This document shows positions 37,955 to 50,700 of a DNA stretch of 64,000 nucleotides, piece by piece. Each line of letters begins with the position of its first letter. Position 1 is the first letter of the stretch. The stretch lies in NCBI RefSeq assembly GCF_009914755.1, contig NC_060931.1. The stretch is one strand, 5' to 3'. The DNA is from the human T2T-CHM13v2.0 reference genome, Homo sapiens. The notes beneath the pieces were generated by a model that was not told the DNA's origin, did no database searches, and worked only from the letters and a program-made list of their open reading frames with translations. A program made the translations under genes and the position numbers.

Positions 37955-40900
37955 GACTTCAGCAAGATGGCAGAATAAGAAGTCCCGGCCCTTGATATTT
38001 GACAAAAACACAGATTTAACAATTTTATATGTATCAGAATGCCTTTATGAGAGGTCCAGAATCCAGTTAAGAAGATGTAGTACTCCAGATGGGCACAAAA
38101 GTGAGAACGGCCACATTGAAACTGGTAAGAGCAGTTTTGCTTTCCCTGTGTCAGCCCCTCTTCCAAGCTGCCATAGTTCAGCACCTAGAGAAATTGTCTT
38201 AGCCTCAAGGCGAAAAACAGAGTGGAGCATGCCTCTAAGTTCCTAGCCTTCTAGTTCGTTGCCCAAGGGGACAGTTTCTGCCTCACTTCACATGTGATGC
38301 TAATGGGACTGGTATTGCGCAAATGGCTGGGGGCATTTACAAATAAAGGAAAAGGGGCAGACAGCTTGCTGCAGCCAGCACAGCTCTGTCAGATTGAGAG
38401 AAAGTACAAAACCAAAGTCTCCTCCCTTAGGTGGAATGGAGAGAAGCGGAGCATGCTTCCAGTGTCCTGCCATTTCAGTGGACTGTTTAACAGGTTGGCT
38501 GCCATTTTTTTCTCACTTAGAATGCTGACAAAACTGGTATAGTTTGGAGGGACAGCTAAGAATGAAGGAAAAAGAACTTGCAGCTTTCTACACCCCGCAT
38601 GGCTCTGTAAAATTTGGAGAAAGTGCAGAGGTTATATATTCTCCACACAGAAGGAAGGAAAGGAGTGGAGTGTGCTGCCAATGTCTTGACCTACGGTTTA
38701 CAGTCTCATAAAAGAAGAAGCGAGAGCTTACAGGCCTTTGAAAAAGCAAAGGGCAGTAAATTCCTGTAATTAAGAACCTACACACACAAGTTCAGAGAAT
38801 ACACATCCGTAGGAAAGGTTACAGAACTTCCTAGAATTTCGTTCTGGGTTAATTGGTTAAAGTTTTTCCCCATTAAAGCCAATCTTTACACAGACTGAAC
38901 AAATTGACCTTTATTAACATGTGCAGAAACCAACACAAGCTACAAGGAACCTGAAGACTCAGGAAACATGACACAATAAAAGGACCAAAATAAATCCCCA
39001 GTACCCAGCAACAAAAGAAATGAAGATCTATGAATTTCATGATGAAGAATTCAAAATAATTACTTTTAAAGAATCTCAGTAAATTACAAGAGAACACAGA
39101 CAGCTGACTGAAATCAGGAAAGTAATATGTGAACCAAAGGAGAATATCAATAAATAAAAATTCTACAAAAAAACCCACAAAAATTCTGGAGCTGAAAAAA
39201 TACAATAACTTAAGTTAAAAATTCATCAGAGTGCTTTAATATCGGCTCTGAGGAAGACAAAGAATCAGAAAACTCAAAAGCAGGTCATTTGAAATTATTC
39301 AGTCAGGGGAGCAAAAAGAAAAAAGAATAAGTAGCATGGGAGAAAGTCTAAGTGAATTATAAAACACTATCAAGAGAAAAATATATATTATGAAAGTCCC
39401 AAAAGTGGAAGAGAGAAAGGAAAAGAAATCTTATTTTACAAAAGAATGGCTGAGAAGTTCCCAATCTAAGGAATATAGATATCTAGATACATGAAACTCA
39501 AAGACACCTAGTAAGATGAACCCAAAAAAGTATATACTGAGACACATTGTAATCAAATTGTTAAATGTCAAAGATAAAGAATTTTGAAAGCAGCAAAATA
39601 AAAGTGACTTGTCGTGTACAGGTGAGATCCAATTAGACTATTCATGGCTATCTCAGCAGAAATTTCGTAGGCCAGAAGACAGTGAAATGATATACTTAAA
39701 TTGCTACAAGAAAAAAAAAATCTGTCAAACAAGAATATAATGCCTGGGAAAACTGACCTTCAAAATGAAAGAGAGGTAAAGGCTTTCCAAGACATGCAAA
39801 AGTTGAGGAAATTTGTCACCACTATACCTACCTTTGTTCTTCAAATTTAACAAAAGGACACTAGGCAGCAACACAAGCATATGAAAGTAAAATACTCACT
39901 GGTAAGGGTAAATATATAAACAAATAGTGTATATCATAGTACTGTAGTGACAGTGTGTAAATCACTTTTAATTGTAATATAAAAGTTAAAAGACAAAATT
40001 ATTAGGAATAACTATAACTACAATAATTTGTTAATAGATACACAATATCAAAACATGTAAATTGCAACTTCAATAACATGAAAGTGTGAGTATGGTGAGT
40101 AAAAGTGTAGAGTGTTTTGTTTTGAAAATTGGAGTTGTTACCAGCTTAGAGTGTTACGACTATGTTTTATGTAAGCCTCGTGATAATAACAAAATACATA
40201 TAGAATATACACACACGCACAAAAAGAGAAAGGAATAAAAACATTTCAGTATAAAAAATCCACAAATAAAAAAACAGATAGTAAGAAAGGAAATGAAGAT
40301 AATAGTTAACAGATTCTGCAAAACAGACAGAAGACAATTAATCAAATGGCAATTGTAAGTTCTTACCTATCAAATTACTTTCAACATGAATAGATTAAAC
40401 ACAGCAATCAAAAGACAAACAGAGTTTGGATTAAAAAAAAAAACAAGATAAGATCCAACTACAAACTGTCTACAAGAGACTTAATTTACATTTTAAAGAA
40501 CAGACATAGACTGAAAGTGAAAGAATAGAAAAAGGTAGAGATACAAATCATAACCAAAAAAGAACAGCAGTGGCTATACTTATATCAAACCAAATAGACA
40601 TTAAGTCAAAAACTGTCAGAAGAGACACAAAAGGATATTATATAATAAAAATATGTCAGTTTACCAGGAAGATATGACAGTTATAAGTACATATACACCA
40701 ACTTCAGAGCACCTAAATATGTAAAGCAAATATTGATAATACTGAAAGGAGAAATAGATAGCAATATAGTTATAGCAGAAGACTTTAATATGCCAATTTC
40801 AATAATGGCTAGAACATTCTGACAGAAAATCAATAAAGAAACAATGAACTTTAACAATACTGTAGACCAAATAGACATAAGAGACACATATGGAACATTC

Positions 40901-43093
40901 TACCCAATAGCAGCAGATTACACATTCTTCTCCAGCATACACAAAAATGTCTGCACGATAAATAAATGACACACTAGGTTACAAAACAAATCTTAACAAG
41001 AAGTCTTAACATTTCAGTCTTTAAGAAGACTGAAATCACTTCAAATATATTTCCCAATAACAATGGAAAGAAACTAGAAATTAATTACCGAAGAAAAGCT
41101 GGGAAATGCACAAATATGTCGAAATTTTAAAAAATATTCTTGAGTAACCAATGGGTCATAAAAGAAATGCAAAGGGAAATTTAAAATTGTTTGAAAACAA
41201 AAACACAACATAATAAAAATTACAAGTTGCAACAAAAGCAGTACCAAAATAAAAGTTTACAGCAATAAACATGTACATTAAAAAAGGAAGATCTTAAACA
41301 ACCTAGCTGTACATATCAAGAAACTAGAAAAAGAGCCACAAAAGCCCAAAATTAGCATGGTGGAGGAAATAATAGAAGATTATAGCAGTAACAAATAAAA
41401 TAGAGACTAAAAAGACAATATAAATGAATGAGACCTAGACGTTTTCTTCAAAAAATAAACAAAATTGACAACTCCTTGGCTAGAATAGCTATGAAAAAAA
41501 TGGAAAATGTTTAAAAATCAGAAAGAGAAGGCATTACCACAGGTTACACAGGAATAAAAAAGACTGCTATGAACAATTATACACCAACAATTGGATAATC
41601 TAAACTAAATGGATAAATGCCTAAAAACATCCAGCCTACCAAGAATAATTCGTAAGTAAATAGAAAATCTGAATAGAACAATAATGAATAGGAGATTGAT
41701 TCATAAATCAAAACCTTCCAATAAAACAACAACTACAACAACCCGGGGTTAGATGTCTTCACTGATGAATTTTACCAAACATTACAAAAATAATTAGCAC
41801 TAATCCTTCTTCATCTCTTTCAACATATACAAAAAGAAAGAATACTTTCAAACTTATTTTATGAGGCCAGCGTTACCCTACTACCAAGTCAGACAATGAC
41901 ACTACAAGAAAAGAGAACTACAAGCCAATATCCCAATGAAAATACATTTAAACATACTCAACAAAATATTAATACTAACAGCCCTAATTCTGAATTGCAC
42001 AGCAAATTAAAAATATCACACACCATGATAAAGTGGGATTTATCTCTGGGATGAAAGGATGGCTGAACATATGCAAGTCAATTAATGTATACACCACATT
42101 AACAGAATGAGAAGGAAAAAAAATCACATAATCTCAATAGATGCAGAAAAAGCATTTGATAAAATTTGACGCCATTTCACAATAGAAAACAAAAACCCTC
42201 AACAAACTAAACATAGAAGGAACTCAATTCAACGTAGGAGGGGCCACCTATGAAAAGCCCACAGCTAACATTATAGGCTAAGATTATAAACAAGAGAAGG
42301 GTACCTACTCTGTCAATTTCTATCCAAAATAGTATTGCAGTTTTAGCCAGGGTAATTAGGCAAGAAAAAAAAGAAAGACATCCAAATTGAAAGGAAGAAG
42401 CAAACTTATCTGTTTGTAGATTACATGATTAAATATGTAGAAAACCCTAAAGACTCCACCAAAAAACTGTTAGAACTAATAAATTCAGCAAAGGTACAGA
42501 ATAAAATATCAATATATAAAAATTGATTATGTTTTTCTACACTAACAATGAACTATCTGTAAATGAAATAATCTCATTTAAAATAATCTCAAGAAGAATA
42601 AAATACTTGGAAACAAACGTAACCAAGAAGATAAAATCCTTATACACTGAAAACTTTAAAACATTGATGAAAGAAATTAAAGAATACACAAATGAGTGAA
42701 AATACATTCTGTTCATGTATTGGAAGATTTAAAATTGTTAGAATGTCAACACTACCTAAATAATCTACACTTTCAATGCAATTCCTATCAAAATTCTAAC
42801 AGCTTTTTTTTTTACAGAGATAAAAAATAAACAATCCTAAAATTCATATGGAACCACCAACAACCCCAAATAGCCAAAGCAATTCTGAGAAAGAACAAAG
42901 ATAAAGTAATCACATTTTCTGATTTCAAAATATATTACCAAGCTATACTAATTAATATGGTTTGATTCTGACATAAAAACAAACATATAGACCAACGAAA
43001 CAGAAAACAGAGTCCAGAAATAAACTGACACATATAGAGTCAACAGATGTTTAACATAGGTGCCAAGAATCCACAGTCAGAAAAAGTCTGTCC
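37955..43093 (+). mobile_element. L1MB-like element, 5' UTR, ORF1 and most of ORF2 (decayed)
   Basis: Starts gacttcagcaagatggc (YY1-like site 37963-37971); ORF1-like 38950-39830; endonuclease-like ~40345-41100; RT motifs (atctcaatagatgcagaaaaagcatttga) ~42130; many stops and frameshifts. Confidence 0.9.
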
Positions 43094-43922
43094 AGCAAAT
43101 TTACATGAGAAAAACAACCCCATTAAAAAGTGGGCAAAGGACATGAACAGACATTTCTCAAAAGAAGACATACATATGGCCAACCAGCATATGGATAAAA
43201 GCTCAATATTACTGATCATCAGAGAAATGCTAATTGAAAGCACAATGAGATACCATCTCACACCAGTCAGAATGCCTATTATTACACAGTCAAAAAATAG
43301 CGGATGCTGGTGAGGTTGTGGAGAAAAAGGAATGCTTATACACTGTTGGTGGGGGTGCGAATCAGTTCAACCATTGTGGAAGACAGTGTGGCAATTCCTC
43401 AAAGACCAAAACACAGAAATACCACTCGACTCAGAAATCTCATTACTGGGTATATACGTATATATGCAAAAGAGTATAAATTGTAACACTGTGAAGACAC
43501 ATGTACATGTATGTTCATTGCAACATTATTCACAATAGCAAAGACATGGAATCAACCTAAATGCCCATCAATAATAGACTGGATAAAGAAAATGTGCTAC
43601 ATATACAACATGGAATGCTATGCAGCTGTAAAAAATAATATATCCTTTGCAGGAACATGGATGGTCCTGGAGGCCATTATTTTTAGCTAAATGATGAGAA
43701 CATATGGAGACATAGAAGGAAACAACACACACTGGGGCCTATCGGAGAGGGAAGTGGGAAGGAGGGAGGGAGTCAGGAAAAATATTTAATGGGTATTAGG
43801 CTTAATACCTGGGTGATAAAATAATCTGTACAACAAACCTCCATGACACAAGTTTACCTGTGTAACGAAGCTGCACATGCACCCTTGAACTTAAGATATT
43901 AATACAAGTTAAAAAAATAAAA
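43094..43922 (+). mobile_element. L1PA13-16-like 3' segment
   Basis: Much less diverged ORF2 end; 3' UTR ggcttaatacctgggtgataaaataatctgtacaacaaacc; short internal deletion at ~43685. Confidence 0.9.
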
Positions 43923-44385
43923 TCTGTGATGCACCAAAACAAAGGATGCTCTTTGGTCTCTTAAAACAAGTATCGTCTCATTATAAACTAATTATCCCTA
44001 GATTATTTGGTTTGGGATCCTTGGAGAAGACAGGCTTTATTAAAAGTGGTTTTTGAACACTGAGTTTCAGTCCTCTTGGGCTACTGTTGCAAAAGTTTAG
44101 ATGTGCATTCCAGAAAGTCAGGGATCTTTTATGTGTCAGCACATACTTCTCTTTCCCCACCAACCACTCCCTTGAGAGTTTTCTATTTTACAAAGCATTT
44201 TTTTTAAAAGCAAACTTACACTTCTGGACCAATTCACCTACAATTTACTATACTTCATAGGGCTCAAAGCCTCTATGGGCTTAAACTACTAGGAAAGATT
44301 TCTGGATGCATAAATAAAAGTATCTTAATGAACAACAGCTGCAAAGAACGTGGCTTTAAATAAATTGATTCCAAATTAAACAAAA

Positions 44386-44436
44386 AATGTTAGTTGTATA
44401 GATCTCATGTTAAGTGTTCTTACCACAATTTATAAA
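44386..44436 (+). mobile_element. L1MB 3' terminal tip
   Basis: tagatctcatgttaagtgttcttaccacaat is the recalled L1MB terminus. Confidence 0.7.
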
Positions 44437-45014
44437 ACAATATATGCATTTTGTATTCAAGTTTTATATTTAACATTATCATACTTTTACATACTATTAC
44501 TTATTTTAAATAACTGCAAAATGATTTACATATTTCATAAAATAATTTTCTATGTTGGCCATTTAATTGGTATTAATGTGGACAATATAAATTATCTGTC
44601 TATAATAATTTCTGTGCACATTGAATTACTAGAAAAGTTCACTAAACATTCACTGAGTTAAGTAAAATACGATCAGAAACAATTGTTTCAAATAATTTTA
44701 AATGTGCTTTTTTCAGTACATTTTGTTTAAGCAATATTTGGTATTATTGGGCAATGGAAATTGTTAGCTTTAACTTTAAAGGAGATAGATTTTATTCAGG
44801 GAACAGATTGTGGCAATAAAAAATAACTTTGGCACGTAGCTGGTGAATTTTTTTTCTATGTTGGACAAAATATTAGAGTCAAAAGACATCAGTAATTAAT
44901 GGGATCTGAAAGCTGCTAAATTTTATAAATAATTTGAATGTGTATTACATTTTATGGCTATATATTAACACATTGAAAACTGGAGAGTCTAGGAAATAAA
45001 TACTGGGAACTCTG

Positions 45015-45074
45015 AGGAGAAGGAGGAGAAAAAGTGGGAAGAGCAGGAGGAAGAGGTTCAGGAGCAGGAGGAGA
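45015..45074 (+). repeat. GA-rich low-complexity tract
   Basis: gaggagaaggaggagaaaaagtgggaagagcaggaggaagagg... Confidence 0.85.
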
Positions 45075-45084
45075 CAGCGGATGA

Positions 45085-45975
45085 TGTGGCTAAAAGCGAG
45101 TGAGTAAGAGAATAAAAGATAGAGGTTAGAGTGTCAGGGAGGAGTTGAGATTTGTATATCCTTCCAGTCCTTGGCAAGTAACATTGCTTTCACTTTAAAT
45201 ATAATGGAGAATTTTGAGTAAAGAAAAGATATTATTTCACTTAAATTTTAAAAGAATCACTCTGGCTGTTCTGTGGAGTATGTATTTTGGGGGCAAAAGT
45301 AGAAGCTGGAAGATCAATTAAGAAATTGTAATAACTCAGAGAAGTGATAGAGGGTTATTGTAAGACGTGCAGTGAAAATAGGTGATGGGCAGTGGACTGA
45401 TTCAGAATTTATTCGGAGGCAATTGACCACAAAATTTCCAGATGCATTGGTGTATTCAAGTAAGCCAATAATGAAAGATGATTCTAAGTCCTGTGATCAA
45501 AGAAACTGGGAAAATGAAGTTGTCTTTTATTGAAATGGACAAGACTATAGAAGGAGTAGATTAAGAGGGTTGGAAATAAAAAACATTTGTTTTAGGACGT
45601 GTAGTTTGAGATATCTGTTAGATATCAAAATGTAGAATTTGAGTAGGTTGTTGCATTTACAAATCTTAAATTAAAAAGGAAGGTATATGCATGGAAGTCA
45701 ATAGCATTTTAGGTATGTTTAAAGCCATGAAACTGAACAAGATCACCTAGGAAATGATTGAAAGTAGAGAAAATATTTAGAAGCAAGTTCTTGTACATTT
45801 CAATGCATAGGAATAAATATAAGAAAGAAATAGCAGAGAGAGAGACAATATGTTTCCATAAGGAAGGGATGGAATCAACAGATAGTGGCATCTGGAAATC
45901 GAATGAAAAAAGCAGTGCTTCAAGAAGGAGATTGTAATCAACGGTGCTAAAATGCTGCTGGATAATTAATATAAA
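45085..45975 (-). mobile_element. L2 continuation (right half)
   Basis: tgtggctaaaagcgagtgag..., ttttaaaagaatcactctggctgttctgtggag, gtatgtttaaagccatgaaactgaacaagatcacctagg. Confidence 0.85.
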
Positions 45976-46149
45976 GGCAAACAGAGGTAATCAGTGAAAA
46001 CAATGGCCAGTTTATAAATACTCTTGTGGGATAACTGACATGACGTATGCAAACTACTAAGCCTAGTATTTCATTAGAATTCAGTAAGTGTTTATAAATA
46101 TTAATATTTTGAGGCTATTATTCTGTTGTGAAAGTTAATTCATTAGCTG

Positions 46150-47090
46150 TGAGTGATCTTAATGACATTCAATTAAATAAGATCCATGGAACTCAACAAC
46201 TAGTGGAAGAGACAGAAGAAACAAATCCAGAGGGTGTGCCTGTCTCAGCCTGTCATCCAAGTGTTGCAGGTACTTCGAAGGAGAAGAGAAGCTATCCAGT
46301 GGTCTTCGATAGAGAACAGATAATGAATAAAGGCATCAAAGATAAGAGAAGACATATATTAAGATCTAAATGGGTTGTTACAACTAAAAGAAAGAAAGGT
46401 ATATAGTGATGATAGGAGAGGAAGCTAGAATGTTAGGCATGGGCTTTTTTATATGACATCACAAAATATTCCTAAGTTTGTCCTTAATCCAAGGGAAGGC
46501 AACTGAAGGATTTTGTGTAAGGGAGAAACATAACCTCTCCCAATTAGTTATTAAAAATTTGCTGTAGTAAAAACATAAAATATGGCTATGAAACAGAAAA
46601 AAATGGAATCTAAAAGTTAACTAGAATTTATTCTAATAATCAAGGTTAAAATATTTAGTATTTTAGGTGAATGACAACAAAATTGAAAAAGATAAGAGGA
46701 ATCAGAAAAATGTTTAATCAATTTGATTTGATTAATTGGATATAGGTTGAATATGAAAAAAGATGAGTCTCAGATAACTTCCACATTTCTAAATGTGACC
46801 TGTTCTACTCACTAATACAAAAATACCAGGAGAAATTAGATTTAAAAAGAAGTAGATGAATTTTCTTTCTGGTTTATTGACTTGAAAGAGCCTGGGGCAT
46901 TGATAGGACACCATTGAAGGCATAGGTTTCAAGTCCAGGAAAACATACAGCTTTGATTATGTAATTAGAAAAACACTTACAGAAAAGTAGTAATTGAAGC
47001 CAAATTTTTTGGTAGAGCTTTCCTAGTACACATAGGATGAGAATGGAATAATGCCAGGGATAGACTCCATTGTTAAAGTCTTGGTAAGGC
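46150..47090 (-). mobile_element. Second, more decayed L2
   Basis: ggaaggcaactgaaggattttgtgtaaggg; gagtctcagataacttccacatttcta; boundaries approximate. Confidence 0.55.
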
Positions 47091-47760
47091 AGGCATGTCA
47101 ATTTGCATATTACTTATTGACTGACTCAACATCATTCTGAGAAAACAATTTAAATTCTTTTAAAGCTTCTAATAATTCTTAAACAATAATTGAATATTTT
47201 ACTTAATGAAAGATGGTCAAAAGAAAGGTATTAACATATAAATGCTTTATTTAATTAAAAAGCTGTGTGTAGCATGAAATTTAGGTGAACGATAAATCAC
47301 CCTACAAATGAATGAGGGTGGGGGGTCTTATTCAAGACGGTATGTTTTAAAATTTGGGAATGTCTTCAAATATAACAATATTCAATTTGTATACAATTAT
47401 ATGAAATTTATCTCTGCAGGAACTAGGAAGCATATTCATATATTTTTCAACACTTGTCTTAGGTATTGATATGCTCATTTTAGATGTATAAAACTGGATG
47501 TGTATTTTCTTGTTGGCTAAGGTAGGAAGAGAGGTATTCAATCCGCTGCACAATCATGCTAGATACACAGAGTATCACCAATGTAGGAATAGCTATTTGG
47601 GCTTAAAGAATAAGACAGTAACAAATGAGATAACTGTGTTTTTAGCTGTTGTAGTGACTTTTTAAAAATTATATTGAACAGTCACTTTTGGAAATGCAAA
47701 TATGTAAAAGAGTTTAAAAGAATGTTGAACAGTCGAAGTGCAGTGTATTGGACAATTCTG

Positions 47761-47790
47761 TCTCTCTCTCTCTCTCTTGCTCTCTCTCTC
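47761..47790. repeat. (TC)n microsatellite, interrupted
   Basis: tctctctctctctctcttgctctctctctc. Confidence 0.9.
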
Positions 47791-48022
47791 TTCAAAGCAA
47801 TAAAAATATTAGTTCATGCAAGAGAGCAAAATATGCCATGAATTAAACCCATGGCACACATTTCTCCAGAATTTTGACTATGATGTAAACATAAAAGAAG
47901 CAGTTGCCTTTCAGGTGCAGACCAGTCATCACATATGCAAGTTTCTCATTAAACTGTTGGTTCTATAAAATCATAGTTGTGGTTTAAGCCGACTAAGCTT
48001 CCAGATATATACTGTGCCTTGA

Positions 48023-48230
48023 TCTTTTTTTAAGTAAATTGACAATTTATAATTGTATATATTCATAGTGTACAACGTGATGTTATAATTTATGCATACA
48101 ATGTGGAATAATTAAATGAAGCTAATTAGCATATCCATCATCTCAATAGTTAACATTTTTTTGTGGTGAGAATATTTGAAATTTACTCTCAGCAATTTGA
48201 AATGCTCTATTATTAAGTATATTGACCATT
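48023..48230 (-). mobile_element. L1MA (MA6/7-like) 3' fragment
   Basis: aattgtatatattcatagtgtacaacgtgatgtt...tgtggtgagaatatttgaaatttactctcagcaattt. Confidence 0.8.
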
Positions 48231-49797
48231 TCTTAACTTGGGGTCTAATTAATTTGTGAGCCACCTAAAATCCTACTAAGTTTCCTTTGCTTAAGTTAGT
48301 TGGTGTTATTTTCTCTTCTATGGAATTAAGACTTAAAGCTGAAATATTACATAACTATACATTTAAGTTACTTGACATTATTATAAATTAAAATGTTACA
48401 TAATCTAGTATTAAAAATCATGTTTAAAATTAAATGCATTCTGAAAAATCACATTTCTTAAAATTCCTTTCAGCAAAATTTCCTTCAGTTTAAATATCAG
48501 TATCCTGATATGGTTATTTTGCTGTTCTCTAAGAAATTTGGCTAAATTTGCTTCAATGTGGAAAAAACAAAAAGGAAAGGACCCCTTACATTTTGTTATC
48601 TAAATAGAGCTTGCTTGTTTATTTTTACCGTTACAGAAAATAAATATGTAATAAAATAAATGGGCTTGCCTTTGCTATTCAATTGTGAAGAAGCTATGGT
48701 TTCAAAACCAGTATCCTGATATTAATTGTAATTCTACAATTCTCTAGGAAGTTCTGCTTCATTTGGAATGATTTGCATAGCTGAGGTTGTGATTGCTTTG
48801 GAGCATCAGAGGTTCCTCGGCTATTTACAGAAGTCTCAGAGTGTTTACCTTGGAAAGCTAGGCAAATTCAGTAAAAAGAATGTATCCAAATCCAAATGAC
48901 TTTCTACAGACTTTTCAGAACTTTCCCTTTGTACAAGGATTGTTTTCACCATTTTTTTTATAGCTAAAATGAATACAAAGTAATTAAATGGTATTTCATT
49001 AGTTGTCACTCCTAGCAGTTGGTTTTAAATTCTGAATATTTCTTATAGAGACAATTAGTTGTTTGGTTTCCTCATAGGTCTCAGATTTAAAAGCTCCAAC
49101 GATATACTTCATGTTTCTACAGAGAAACTTTTTGCTTTGGTGCCAAGGGAATTTTCTCTCATGTCTTTAAGCTTAAAACTTTTACTTTCTGGGGTGGATT
49201 TTGCTGTTTTCACCTGGAAGCAACATTTTTTCACAATGAAGTAAAATGATTACCTTTTTTATCTTCAAGTACAACTAGTAATACTACACCTTTTGGAAAC
49301 ATTTTGTTTTTAAATAGCAAGAATTATTCCACACAGCTTTGGTACTCACATCAGAAAATTGCTAATAGCATCTTATGTGCAATTGAAGATAAGCTTCTTC
49401 ATTTACTGATTATTCAGAGAATAAAGCTCATCGTAGAGTACACTTAGATCTACATTTAGTTGGAGAAGACAATTCATCCTAAGTCGGAAAGAACTAGTAT
49501 ATACAGAGTTCCTTTCTGCTGTGATAATCAGCGCTCAGTTTGGGCATTCTAGAGAACTTTAGCAGGTATCTGAGCATGAAGGCACTGTATGTGGAGGTCA
49601 CTTTCGAATGAAACCGTCTTTATTGATAATTGAGAATAAATTTTAAAAATATTTCACCCTTCATTATATTTTTAACTCATGTATTACTTGTGTTTTAATA
49701 AAAGTGTGATTTACATACAATTAACTACAATCTGAATGATACTAAAATTAGTCTTTAGATGGTTTATACAATTTGTTAGCTTCTCAAAAATATAAAT

Positions 49798-49906
49798 TTT
49801 ACCATCCTGAGGTGATTTTTTGTATATAGTGTAAGGAAGGGGTCCAGTTTCAACCTTCTGCATATGGCAAACCTGCACATGTACCCCTGAACCTAAAATA
49901 AAAGTC
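49798..49906. mobile_element. Mini L1PA: inverted ORF2 piece fused to 3' tip
   Basis: 49798-49868 antisense ORF2 (gtaaggaaggggtccagtttca); 49869-49906 sense aaacctgcacatgtacccctgaacctaaaataaaagt. Confidence 0.8.
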
Positions 49907-49924
49907 AGTGTGAGAGTGTGCGTG

Positions 49925-50333
49925 TGTATATAAACATGTAGAAACATATATAATAGATAATATAAAACTTAATATATAAATATGTGTTATATTTTACATA
50001 TAAATTATATTTTATTTTATTAAATAAAAATATTTTATGTGTATAAATATATAATATACAAATTATATATTATATCTATAATTAGAAACTTAAATATTAT
50101 AACCATATAATTATATATTTTAAATTTATATAAAATTTAATTTATATTAATATATAGATTATATTTATTTTAATTTATATATTTAAAAACATTAATCTAT
50201 ATATTAATCAATTTAATATATATTAAATCTATTAATCATATAAATTTTATTTATTTTTATTTTTATATTTTAATTTATATATTAATATATATTTACACAT
50301 ATAAAAGTTAATATATGTATATAAATTTTTTTA
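49925..50333. repeat. AT-rich low-complexity tract (~400 bp)
   Basis: Almost exclusively A/T with (TA)n runs. Confidence 0.95.
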
Positions 50334-50349
50334 ACAGCCAAGCCACTGT

Positions 50350-50700
50350 TTAAATCAGGGTAGCTAGCTGCCACAATTAATTAAATTCTGAAATCTCAGA
50401 GGCTCATCTTCTCATTTGAGATGACGTCTAATGTGGTCAACTGGTCCTCCTTCAGCCTTTAGCCATGACATTTGAAACCCGTGTTCTCTAGAGTCACTAC
50501 AGCAGCAGAAAGGCAAAGGAAGCACAGTAACTCTTTGTTGACTCTGTCCAGTAGTGACACCTATCCCTTCTGCTCACTCCTCATTGGCCAGAAGTACTTA
50601 TAGGGTTCTAACATAACACTGAGATTGCTGGAAAATACAAGGTTGCAAATACAATTTTTGGTGAGGACACCAGCATTAAGCCAATCTTTCTCTCCACCAA
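50350..50700 (-). mobile_element. MLT1-like LTR
   Basis: atcagggtagctagctgccac...aaatctcagaggct; cttctgctcactcctcattggccagaa. Confidence 0.6.

Noticed and set aside
38100-38760. Spaced repeats as a CRISPR-like array
   Set aside because: Eukaryotic L1 5' UTR; units are ~220 bp and degenerate, and there are no cas genes.
49410-49620. Possible terminal coding exon after ttattcag
   Set aside because: Weak acceptor, ~20 codons to a stop, peptide not recognised.
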